Source: an uncultured Phycisphaerales bacterium
Lineage (GTDB): Bacteria; Planctomycetota; Phycisphaerae; Tepidisphaerales; Tepidisphaeraceae
Assembly (NCBI GenBank): GCA_963755915.1
Contig: CAVWLP010000002.1
Span: forward strand, 3,776,001 to 3,840,000
DNA: 64,000 nt
Reading direction: 5' to 3'
Shown here: in pieces, positions 42,013-51,022 of the stretch
Layout of the letters: every line of letters begins with the position of its first letter
Numbering within the stretch: the stretch's first letter is position 1
The notes under the pieces: generated by a model
Seen by the model: the letters and a program-made list of their open reading frames with translations, nothing else
What the model was told of the DNA's origin: nothing
Database searches by the model: none
Position numbers and translations under genes: made by a program

Positions 42013-42277
42013 TTAAATTCCCAAAAGTATGGCCGCGCTGGCGGGCGGTATTTTGGGGAAGGGCAAACGAATTGCAAGTTTGAGACTTCAAGACAAAACT
42101 GGACAGTCCGCAACAAGCTGGGGGGGGATGGGGGATTTGGGGTAGCGGTTTCACGCGTTTATCGGGCTGGTTGATAGCAGTGATATCACTTCAATGGATT
42201 CGGCGTGTTGGACTCCTAAGCCGCGAGTTCTTCTCCCGCTTGCCTTGGTACCGACGTGGGGCTGCGGCGAGAAAATA

Positions 42278-42308
42278 AATTCGGAGCTGTTCCGATTTTT
42301 TTGGGCTC
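42278..42308 (-). repeat. Diverged fourth copy (R4) of the 31-bp repeat
   Basis: Minus strand GAGCCCAAAAAAATCGGAACAGCTCCGAATT versus R2 GAGCCGAAAACCGGGACAGCTCTGAATT. Confidence 0.65.
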
Positions 42309-42351
42309 ATTGAAGCGGCGGCGCACGGGCCCGGTATGTAGCCGGAAAGAA

Positions 42352-42426
42352 TTAACCGCGAAGGACGCCATGAGCGCGAAGATGGAGCCTATTTCCTTCG
42401 CGCTCTTCGGGTGCTTCGCGGCAAAA
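42352..42426. repeat. REP-like palindrome
   Basis: CCGCGAAGGACGCCATGAGCGCGAAG / CTTCGCGCTCTTCGGGTGCTTCGCGG. Confidence 0.7.
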
Positions 42427-43316
42427 TCTCGCACGGAGAACTACGGCTTCCATTGTTCGACTCTTCGGGCGCGGTAGCTATTGACGCGCCAGTGAACCGA
42501 ACTCAACGGCGCGTTCATTCCGGGTTGTCCAACGAGGGGCAACGTTGCTACACTCGTTTTGGTGGCCAGCGGGAATTGTTGGCTTCGGTGGTTGACACCT
42601 GCGAACCAATCGCGCCGAACCGCGACAACGGCAATGCCTAAGAAGTTGAGAAGTCGGGTTCAGATTGCGCCGGGGGCGTCGTCGACAGGATTCGGGCGGC
42701 GTTTCCTGGCGATTAACAAACGCGTTTTCACATCGTGGGCTTTTTGGGCCTATCTGGGGTTGATCATCGCAACGGCGACCTGGGCGGATCTGCTGGGGAA
42801 TAAATTGCGCAAGAACAGCGCCGGCTTCGGATAAGGACGCCTATTATGTTCCGCCCGCGCCGCGGTTGCCGCTTGATCTGCCGATTTTCGCTTTACACGA
42901 TCCGGATGGCCGGCTGGTACAGAACTCGGATTTATTGGGCCACCCCTGGGTCGCGGATTTCATCTATACCGAATGCAGCGGAACGTGTTTTCAGCTCAAT
43001 AGTGAAATGTTGAACCTGCAAAACGATCCGGCAAACGCCGGCGTTCAATTTGTTTCGTTTTCCGTCGGACAGGACGACGGGCCGAACATTCTGAAACAGT
43101 ATCTGGCAAACTACTACGCCGATACGGACAAATCCCGCTGGCACGTCCTGGCTGCGGACGATTTATTTTTGCCGAGCACGGCCGTGTCGCTGGGGCTTGC
43201 CGATTCGGTACAGCAAATCCGGGACGGCTTCCTGCCCTACAGTACGGACCTGTATCTGGTCGATGGGTGGGGAAAGTTGCAGGGCATTTACGATGGCTTG
43301 TCGAGTGACGATCTGC

Positions 43317-44803
43317 TAATCCCGTTCGGCACGCAGGCTTCATCGGAGCATTCCAAAGCTGTGGAGGACGCGAAACAATTGAAGCTTAGATACTTTTACT
43401 TTCCCCTGCTGCACGCCGGCGTCCGCAAGAGCGCAGCATCAACCGCGAGGTCTCCGCGGCGACGGATTCCCCTTCAGTTTACTCCCAGTTTTTTCAAGGC
43501 CTCCGCTCTTGCCCTCAGCTTAATCCCGGTGTTATCCGGCTTGTTCAGGAATCGAAGCACGTCCTGTTCCTCGGCCAGCCCCAGCAGATACCAGCCGATC
43601 ATGTTCCGCATCGCCTTGTTCGGCTTCCTGCCGCTGATCAGCTGAATCAGCACGCAGACGATCAGCGCAGTGGATTTGGATGTCGATCCCCTCCTGGCGT
43701 TGGCTCAGCAGGTGACGCATGCCCAGCAGTTGCTTGAAGATCCGGAAGAACAACTCAACGGTGTAGCGGTACAGATAAATCAGGGCGATCAATTCCGCCG
43801 GCAGGTCCAGCAGGTTCGTGTACAGGATGATCAGGTCCGTCGGCTTGTTGCCGCTGCGCGTGCGGCGCGGATGGGGTTTCACCTGCACTTCCACCCGTCG
43901 CACCACCCTATCCGCCGCCGTCTCCAGGCCGTCGAGTTTCACCAGCGCGTCTCGCACCACGCCGCCGTCCAATGCTTCCTGTGAAAGCAATCGTTCTTCA
44001 AACAGCTCAAACACCGAGTTTTCCGCGGCCCGCATCACAAAGGAGCTTTGCGCCGCGGCGATGTCCGCAAAGAGGCTCCGGTCGGCGTAGCCGCCGTCTC
44101 CTACATAGCACCGTCCTGCTTCCAGGCTGCGCCGCAGGACGTTGTTTTCACGGTTGGCCCCCGCGTTGCGAGCGCCAGTGCGGTCGAGGCGATGGACTTT
44201 GAACGTCTCCAGATCGAATTGAACGTGCAAACGCCAGCCATAGACCGCTTTCCCGTCCCGGGAGGTGTTGTAGGCGCATCGATGCCGCAAGCGGATTTGG
44301 CCAGCCGACTCAGCGCCGTCAGCACCGTCCCGTCGACCAGCGTGATCGCCTGCCCAAAGTCCGCAAGACGCGGATCGGGCGCCTGGGGCAGTTCCCCCGC
44401 CAATTCCTCAATCAGCGGCGTCAAACGCCCCGGCTCGAACACCCGAACCGATTCAGAGAAACTGCCCACGGAAAAACGCTTAATTCCCAGCGCCTTGGCC
44501 ACCTTGGGCAGTTCAGCAACCTCCTGAAGATCCCGCAGGGATTGGATCAGCGGATTCCAGGTGTAAAGCAAAACCAGCTTGCAATAATCGTCGAAGTGAA
44601 GCTGGCGGTTCCCGGCTCGATCCCGCTCACAGCCCACATCCCGCAGCGTGGGCAGCAGCGCGAAGATGCGCCGCAGATGTCCGAGGCACAGGATCTCTTT
44701 TTCCTTCAGTCTTGCCTGCACGTCCGGCAGCATGCCATAAAAAGATCAAAGGCGCAATCTCAATATCTTGCTGCTTGCGCGAACCCCGTGCCGAACGGGA
44801 TTA
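43317..44803 (-). mobile_element. IS4-family insertion sequence (1487 bp)
   Basis: Perfect 17-bp TIRs TAATCCCGTTCGGCACG; 9-bp TSD ACGATCTGC at 43308-43316 and 44804-44812. Confidence 0.93.
43474..44733 (-). CDS. IS4-family transposase (two frameshifts)
   Basis: LVDGT, YVGDGGY, YLYRYTVELFFRIFK; ORFs 44101..44733 + 43532..44290 + tail to TGA 43474. Confidence 0.88.
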
Positions 44804-44945
44804 ACGATCTGCAACGATTGCAGGGCGATTTGAGAAAAATGGTCGGGTCGGGGGCATTAAAGGATTCTTATGCCTCCGGGTCCGCAGCCGGGCAGAGCCA
44901 GGTAACGGCGCCGGCCAAGACGACAGCACAATAAACGGGGGAATC

Positions 44946-46118
44946 ATGAGCCTCACGAAGCGGCGATTTTTGTCGGTTATCGTTGGCGTGGTAGGGGGCG
45001 CGGCGGTCGCCAGCGCGGCGCTGTGCGCACTTCATTTCTTCTCGAATGCCGAATCACTCAATGCCGGGGCTGGGGCGAATTCGGTGGCCGTCAGCTCAAC
45101 GGATTTGCCTGTGTTGTTTGACGTCCCGAAGTTTGGATATCCGGACCAGGATGGAAAACTCCTCACCGAACAGGATCTGAAAGGAACTACTTGGATCTGT
45201 GACTTTTTTTACACGCGGTGCACGACGATCTGTCCCCTCCTGACGGCCCGCCTGATGCTCCTTCAGCGGTCGATCCGAAATCCCAACGTAAAATTCGTTT
45301 CGTTTTCCGTCGATCCTTCGTATGACACGTCGGCGGTGCTGAAAGCCTATGCAGCCGAGTGGCATGGTGATGAGTCGCGCTGGCGGCTACTGGCAACGGG
45401 AACGGAGGATGCGGTACAGGCCACGGCATCGTCGATGCATCTGGCGCTGCAGCGCTTGAGCGATCCCAAAAATCCGATCCTTCACAGCGATCGTTTCCTG
45501 CTCTACGACGCTGCCGGCCAGGCGCGGGGGGCTTACGAGAGCACCGACCCGGACGCGATGGCGCAACTCGTGAAGGACGCCAATAAGCTGGCCAACGGAG
45601 GCCAGCCCGAGTTGCTGCAAACGACGGACACGACGGCGGCCGGGGATTCGCAGTCTTCCAGCGTGAGCGGGGGGCGACAGTTGTTTATGACGATGGGTTG
45701 CGTCGCGTGCCACAGCCGCCCGGCGGTTGCGCCTCCCCTGGAAGGGGTGGCCGGATCCGAGGTGACGCTCAGTGACGGGCGCACCGTGCTTGCGGACGAC
45801 GCCTATCTGCGCAAATGCATTACCGATCCCAACGCCAAAGTTTTGATGGGGTATTCCCCGGTAATGCCAAATTACCGTCCGTACCTGAGTGACGCTCAAA
45901 TTGACGGCATTGTGGCTTATATAAAAAGCCTCGCGTCAATGCGTCCGGCGGTCAATACCGGGCCGCGCGTTCTGGTCATTGATCCAGTCTGTGGTATGCA
46001 GGTGTCTGCGGGCAGCGATACCCCCAATGTTACTTACGCGGGGAAGACGTATTATTTTTGCAGCGAAACCTGCCGAGAGAAGTTCCAGGCGGATCCGGCG
46101 AGATTTGCAAGGAATTAA
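44946..46118 (+). CDS. SCO + c-type cytochrome + YHS fusion protein
   Basis: FYTRCTTICP and ILHSDRF (SCO), GCVACH..MP (cytochrome c), DPVCGM..YYFCS..C..KF (YHS). Confidence 0.88.
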   Translation: MSLTKRRFLSVIVGVVGGAAVASAALCALHFFSNAESLNAGAGANSVAVSSTDLPVLFDVPKFGYPDQDGKLLTEQDLKGTTWICDFFYTRCTTICPLLTARLMLLQRSIRNPNVKFVSFSVDPSYDTSAVLKAYAAEWHGDESRWRLLATGTEDAVQATASSMHLALQRLSDPKNPILHSDRFLLYDAAGQARGAYESTDPDAMAQLVKDANKLANGGQPELLQTTDTTAAGDSQSSSVSGGRQLFMTMGCVACHSRPAVAPPLEGVAGSEVTLSDGRTVLADDAYLRKCITDPNAKVLMGYSPVMPNYRPYLSDAQIDGIVAYIKSLASMRPAVNTGPRVLVIDPVCGMQVSAGSDTPNVTYAGKTYYFCSETCREKFQADPARFARN

Positions 46119-46170
46119 GATCGTTCGGGCCGGCACATCCGGCGCGGATCCTTTCGGGTAAACTGGACGG

Positions 46171-46733
46171 ATGGAGTTTGGGGACGAGCTACGCAAGAGC
46201 GTCATTGCCGCGTCGCTTGCGCGGAGGTCTGTGCGGCGGTGGGGAGGATTTATGAGGAGCTTTCAGGGGAGATCGACCAGCGGCGGCCGGTCTGCGTGAT
46301 GTCGGGGAAGTGTTGCCGGTTTGATGAGTATGGGCATCGCCTCTATGTGACGACTGCGGAGCTCGCGGCTTTCGCCGCGGGGTTGGCTGGCCAGCGGACA
46401 GCAACCCGCATTCCCGCCCCTTCCTCTGCCCCTACTGCCCTGTCTACTGTTCTACTTTCTACTGCTCCACTCTCTCGCGCAGCGCAGGGGTGTCCCTTTC
46501 AGGTGGGGCGGATGTGCGGGGTTCATGGGATTCGGCCGATGGGGTGCCGGGTGTTCTTCTGTGATCCGAGTGCGGCGGAATGGCAGAGGGGGGTGTATGA
46601 GCGGATGCATGGGAAACTGAAGCAACTGCATGAGGAGTTGTCGATACCGTATGCGTATGTGGAGTGGAGGGCGGCGTGTCAGGTTATGGGATGGAAGGGA
46701 AATGCCGATTGCCGATTGCCAAATGCCGAATGA
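46171..46733 (+). CDS. YkgJ-like Cys-cluster protein (frameshift near 46220)
   Basis: CVMSGKCCRF, CPF..C..H..RPMGCRVFFC. Confidence 0.75.
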
Positions 46734-46780
46734 AGACGCGGCGTTTCCAATTCGGCATTTGGCAATCGGCAATCGGCATT
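46701..46780. repeat. Heptamer-based palindrome with perfect 31-bp arms
   Basis: AATGCCGATTGCCGATTGCCAAATGCCGAAT (46701-46731) / reverse complement (46750-46780). Confidence 0.85.
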
Positions 46781-46886
46781 AGAGTTGCCAGAGGCGAATG
46801 TTTTTGACATAACGGCAAGGCGGGGGGTACACTTATGTCCTGCCCCTTGTGGCCTTCTTTGGCGTTTTTTGCGAGGTAGGCGAGGT

Positions 46887-47102
46887 ATGAAGCTCATAGT
46901 TGCAAGTTTGTTTGTGGCGTCGATGGCGGTTCTCAGCGGTTGCACGGCGTCTACCCCGGCGTATACCCCGGCGGAACGCTTTGCCCAGATTCATCGCAAT
47001 GATGTTTACGCGGCAGAGGCGGCCAACGATGATGTCGACAACCTCCTGATGCTGCGGCCAGGCACGCAGTTGTCGATCTGGAATGTTTATCACCGGCCTT
47101 GA
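46887..47102 (+). CDS. Small lipoprotein
   Basis: MKLIVASLFVASMAVLSGC lipobox; GAGG RBS. Confidence 0.75.
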   Translation: MKLIVASLFVASMAVLSGCTASTPAYTPAERFAQIHRNDVYAAEAANDDVDNLLMLRPGTQLSIWNVYHRP

Positions 47103-47237
47103 TGGCCGGTGGTTTTTCAGCGGTTGAGCCTGCGGTTTCGTCTTCGTGGAGAGGTGAGAAATGTAGACGGCTTCGCCTGCCTTTATCGGGTTGGGCGGGG
47201 CCTTTTTGTTGGGGAGGGGGGCGGGTTTGGAGGGGCA

Positions 47238-47292
47238 GGCTCACGGCGAGCCGTTTGGCATCGCTCACGGCGAGCAAGCTCGCCGGCTACAC
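47238..47292. repeat. REP-like cluster
   Basis: GCTCACGGCGAGC twice, then CGGCGAGC-AA-GCTCGCCG hairpin; related to the unit near 4693. Confidence 0.55.
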
Positions 47293-47309
47293 AGGGGCGG
47301 TGGATTTTC

Positions 47310-47495
47310 TCAGGAGACCAGGCGGAAGCGGGGGGTTTTGCGGACCCAGGCGGCGATGCGGGTGTTGCGCTTCTTGGCGTTTTCCAGATGCTCAAGATAT
47401 TGCTGGAGGGCGGAGTCGTCGAACTGAGTTAGAAATTCGATGGAGACGGTCGTATTGTATTTGCGGATGTCGTCGATCAGTTGACGTTTGTTCAT
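47310..47495 (-). CDS. Small hypothetical protein (MNKRQLIDDIRKYNTT..FL..F..L..YL.HL)
   Basis: 3' part of ORF 47310..47630; protein-like amphipathic sequence. Confidence 0.65.
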   Translation of the reverse strand: MNKRQLIDDIRKYNTTVSIEFLTQFDDSALQQYLEHLENAKKRNTRIAAWVRKTPRFRLVS

Positions 47496-47594
47496 GGCGG
47501 GAATACTTTCAAAACAGGCCGATAAGAAGTGCCAAAACGATTGGCTCCTCTGGAGATCGGTTTTACGTCCGCATTTACTTGAAACGGCGGATGA

Positions 47595-48338
47595 ATGATG
47601 ACGCAGGAAAAAACAGAGCCCACGGTACAATCCGCTTCAGCCGAGACGGATGCGCTGGCGCATTTGCACCGGATGTCGACGACGGCGGGCCTGGGAAGCC
47701 AGGAATACGTGGCGATCAACGTCACGTCGATCATCGCGGTGCTGTTTGGGGTGGCGAGCCTGCTGGCCGTGGCGAGTCCCGTGCTGCTGGTCTTTCCGGT
47801 GGTGGGGGTGATCCTGAGCCTTGCGGCGATTCGGCAGGTCAACCACAGCAACGGCACGCAGACGGGGAAAGGGCTGGCGATCCTGGGGCTGCTGCTTTCG
47901 GGGCTGATTACTGCGGGAATTCTGTCGTACCAGGTGCTCCAGGAGGTCCGGCAGCGGGATGATCAGGAGGCGATTTCAGCGTTGTGCGTCAAATATGGGG
48001 ATCTGCTGAACGAGCATAAATATGCCGACGCGTATGATCTATTTGACGCGGCGTTTCAGGCGCGGGTGGGGAAACCGGCGTTTATCAGCCAACTGACGGC
48101 GACTCAGAATCAGACGCTGATGCCGCCGATTTCGGGAGCGTCGTGGAATGGATTGGCGACGTTTCAGGCGGAGGATGACGGGACGGTGATAGCGGAGTCC
48201 ATGATCAAGGTTCAGTTCAAGAATACGCCGGGGGATGCGCGTATGCAGGCCCGTTTTAGGAGGGGGACGGATGGGGTTTGGTTGATTGAAAATGTTCCGG
48301 ATCAGTTTCCAGAAAGGCAGCAGCCGGCGCAGAGGTGA
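47595..48338 (+). CDS. DUF4190-like membrane protein
   Basis: Three TM helices with AIRQV..S.G.QTGKGLA..G motif. Confidence 0.75.
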   Translation: MMTQEKTEPTVQSASAETDALAHLHRMSTTAGLGSQEYVAINVTSIIAVLFGVASLLAVASPVLLVFPVVGVILSLAAIRQVNHSNGTQTGKGLAILGLLLSGLITAGILSYQVLQEVRQRDDQEAISALCVKYGDLLNEHKYADAYDLFDAAFQARVGKPAFISQLTATQNQTLMPPISGASWNGLATFQAEDDGTVIAESMIKVQFKNTPGDARMQARFRRGTDGVWLIENVPDQFPERQQPAQR

Positions 48339-48365
48339 GGGATTTAAGATTTGTGGGGGCTGGGG

Positions 48366-48396
48366 TTAAACAAATCTGGGTTGGGCGTCCGATAAA
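48366..48396 (+). promoter_or_regulatory. Putative sigma28/FliA-like promoter of the TolB-like operon
   Basis: TTAAACAA-N12-CGTCCGATAAA, same spacing as the motif at 34368-34398. Confidence 0.6.
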
Positions 48397-48502
48397 TTGA
48401 AATGCGTGGAAGGTGTGCGCACCGGGTAGTTAGCCGCCGTGGGTTTCATGCCGATACCGCCGATGGGCGTCTATCGCGTATGGGAAGCCCGGTGAGGCAT
48501 AA

Positions 48503-49738
48503 ATGCGTGTAATGCTGCATTGGAACGTCATTCGTTGGATCCTGACAGGTGGGGCGTTTCTGTCCATTCTGAACCTGGCGGGGTGTATGTCGGGTGGTAA
48601 GCCATCGGCGGACCTTGCGCCTGCGCCACCGCCGGCGGCTGCGACGAGCGTGGCGATGTCGGCGGATCCGTCGGTTTTGTCGACGGTTTATACGTCGGAC
48701 GGGTCTACGCCGCCTTCGGTGAATGTGTATGGGGAGTTCGACGGGGTGCAACGGCCGATGGCCAAGGCGCACGGCAACGGGGGATACCAGGAACATACGT
48801 TTCTGGATGAGGGGTTTGACAGCGATGTGAGCGTGGACCCAACCGGCAAATGGATGGTCTTCACGAGCACGCGCGACAGCGATCATCCGAACATTTATCT
48901 TCAGCACGTTGACGGCCTGGCGGTGATCGAGCTGACCAACGACGAGGCGGATTACGCGTTTCCGTCCTTCAGCCCGGATGGGAAGCAGATCGCGTTCTGC
49001 TCAACGCGCGCGGGGAACTGGGATATCTACACGATGGATACGGATGGGAAAAACATCGTGCAGGTGACGAATGACCCGATGGTGCACATGCACCCGAGCT
49101 TCAGCCCGGACGGGACGAAGCTGGTCTACTGCTGCCTGGGAGGCAAGAGCGGGCAGTGGGAGCTGTGGGTGGCGGATTTGAATACCGGCGAGAAGCGGAT
49201 GGTTGGGTTTGGGCTTTTTCCGTCGTGGTCGCCGGACAAGACGGTGGACCGGATCGCGTTTCAGCGCTCGCGGCAGCGTGGGAGCCGGTGGTTCAGCCTT
49301 TGGACGATGGATCTGGTGGACGGGGAGGCGCGACGGATTACGGAAGTGACGTCGAGCTCGAACGCGGCGCTGGTTTGCCCGAGCTGGAGCCCGGATGGGA
49401 AGCAGATCGCGTTCGCGACGATCGCGGAGCCGAACAATTCTGCCGGCGGCAAGCCGCTGGGGCAGGAGGATATCTGGACGATTAACTGCGACGGGTCGAA
49501 CCGGAGCAGGGTCACGGATGGGGTGGGATTGAATTTGGCGCCGAACTGGGCGTCGGATGATCGCGTTTATTTCATCAGCGATCGTGGTGGGGCGGAATGT
49601 GTTTGGTCGGCGCGGACCGATGTCCCGGGGAGTGCGCCGTCGAAGGTTGCCAGTGAGAAGCCGGGAGATGATCAGAATCAGAATCAGAATGGGAATAAGC
49701 CTACTGCTACGGATGCGGTGGGATCGACGAGTGAATAG
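48503..49738 (+). CDS. TolB-like beta-propeller lipoprotein (PD40 repeats)
   Basis: LAGC lipobox; repeated PSFSPDG/PSWSPD motifs. Confidence 0.88.
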   Translation: MRVMLHWNVIRWILTGGAFLSILNLAGCMSGGKPSADLAPAPPPAAATSVAMSADPSVLSTVYTSDGSTPPSVNVYGEFDGVQRPMAKAHGNGGYQEHTFLDEGFDSDVSVDPTGKWMVFTSTRDSDHPNIYLQHVDGLAVIELTNDEADYAFPSFSPDGKQIAFCSTRAGNWDIYTMDTDGKNIVQVTNDPMVHMHPSFSPDGTKLVYCCLGGKSGQWELWVADLNTGEKRMVGFGLFPSWSPDKTVDRIAFQRSRQRGSRWFSLWTMDLVDGEARRITEVTSSSNAALVCPSWSPDGKQIAFATIAEPNNSAGGKPLGQEDIWTINCDGSNRSRVTDGVGLNLAPNWASDDRVYFISDRGGAECVWSARTDVPGSAPSKVASEKPGDDQNQNQNGNKPTATDAVGSTSE

Positions 49739-49746
49739 TTAATCGC

Positions 49747-49787
49747 GGCCCCCACCCTAACCCTCCCCCGGCGTATCAGGGGAGGGG
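49747..49787. repeat. REP-like element
   Basis: CCCCCACCCTAACCCTCCCCCGGCGTATCAGGGGAGGG, reverse orientation of the 34413 type. Confidence 0.7.
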
Positions 49788-49828
49788 ATAAGAGGAATAA
49801 GGCGCTTGAGAGCTTCAAGGACGAAGCG

Positions 49829-50581
49829 ATGAAAAAGATAAGAAATTGGCTGCCGGTCGTTTGGATGTTGGTGGCGTCTGGGTGCAGCATGTTCGGACCC
49901 AAGCCGTACGGCGAGGAAGACCAGCTCTTTCTTCCCGGAACGCATCGGCAGGTTTGGGCGATTGCGCCGGCGCTGAATTTGAGCGGTGAAGATTCGGTCG
50001 ACCCGCTGCTGCAAAGCGACCTGGTTTATCGGGAATTGCAGAAGGTGCATGGGCTGACGGTTATCCCGGTGGACCGGGTGGTCGAAGTTTATGCGGCCCT
50101 GCGGATTCAGAAGGTGCATAGCGAGCGGGAGGCGCAGGACATCTGCCGGCTGCTGGGCTGCGACGGGTTGGTGGTGCCGACGATTACGGCCTACGACCCG
50201 TACGATCCGCCGAAGTTTGGCGCGTCGATCCAGCTTTTCGTGACGCCGGGGAGTTTCCAGCGTCTTCCGAAGCTGGACCCGCGGATGCTGGAGCAGAGCC
50301 CGACGGCGGTGACGCTGCCGGTGATGCCGGACGCGAGCAGCAACATGGCGCAGGTGGTGGAGATGTATGACGCATCGGACGGGACGGTGCGGGAAGAAGT
50401 GAAGGAGTATGCGAAAGGGCGGACGGATCCGAACGGGCCGCTGGGACAGGATGAGGTCATTGTGGACATGGATCGTTATTGTGCGTTTGGATATCACCAA
50501 CTGCTTGGAGAGCTGCTGGACAATTTGAACCAGGCGAATTCGGAAGCGACCGCGGGGGCCAACCCAGGATCAAACTCATGA
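49829..50581 (+). CDS. Lipoprotein, possible CsgG/TolB-N/FlgO-like fold
   Basis: ASGC lipobox; WAIAPALNLS..VIPVDRV..LGCDGLVV.TIT.Y pattern; fold is inferred. Confidence 0.7.
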   Translation: MKKIRNWLPVVWMLVASGCSMFGPKPYGEEDQLFLPGTHRQVWAIAPALNLSGEDSVDPLLQSDLVYRELQKVHGLTVIPVDRVVEVYAALRIQKVHSEREAQDICRLLGCDGLVVPTITAYDPYDPPKFGASIQLFVTPGSFQRLPKLDPRMLEQSPTAVTLPVMPDASSNMAQVVEMYDASDGTVREEVKEYAKGRTDPNGPLGQDEVIVDMDRYCAFGYHQLLGELLDNLNQANSEATAGANPGSNS

Positions 50582-50835
50582 GCAAAAGCACGTCCGATAC
50601 ATCACCGAAGCCGGAAGCCGGGCTGATGAAAACCCTGAGCCTGGTGAAGGGCCGGCACCAGTTTTATTTCAAATACGAGGCCGGCCAGGAGGCGGCGGTG
50701 CTGGATTCACTGGTGAAAATGGTGAATCGGCGCGACATTCCGTTCGACTGGTTCGACGCGGCCATCCTGTCACATCAGCTTGGTCAGCATTTGGCAAAAG
50801 AATTTAAGGCGTATTTGCCGAAAAAGGTAGCATGA
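50578..50835 (+). CDS. Hypothetical protein (FDWFDAA motif)
   Basis: ATGA overlap with the upstream gene; 3' part of ORF 50479..50835. Confidence 0.7.
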   Translation: MSKSTSDTSPKPEAGLMKTLSLVKGRHQFYFKYEAGQEAAVLDSLVKMVNRRDIPFDWFDAAILSHQLGQHLAKEFKAYLPKKVA

Positions 50836-51022
50836 GGATTATCGGATTGTCTTCGGTGTTTCGGCTGGAAGATACCGGACGATCCAACCGTGAGAGGGTT
50901 TAAACTCTCACAGTGAGACGGGGACCGTCTCACCAGCGGGCCACTGGGATGCGAAGGCTTCGCCTCGCTTGCGCCGGCCGGTGGCACATTTTTCGTGTCT
51001 GAGTTCTCGCCCACGCGCATAT

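Larger units (their letters stand above)
42634..44934 (+). pseudogene. SCO1/SenC-family gene interrupted by IS4 (plus a frameshift near 42810)
   Basis: ADFIYTECSGTC, FVSFSV, LYLVD; removing 43317-44803 and one TSD restores ..GLSSDDL|QRLQGDLRK..TTAQ stop 44934. Confidence 0.85.
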
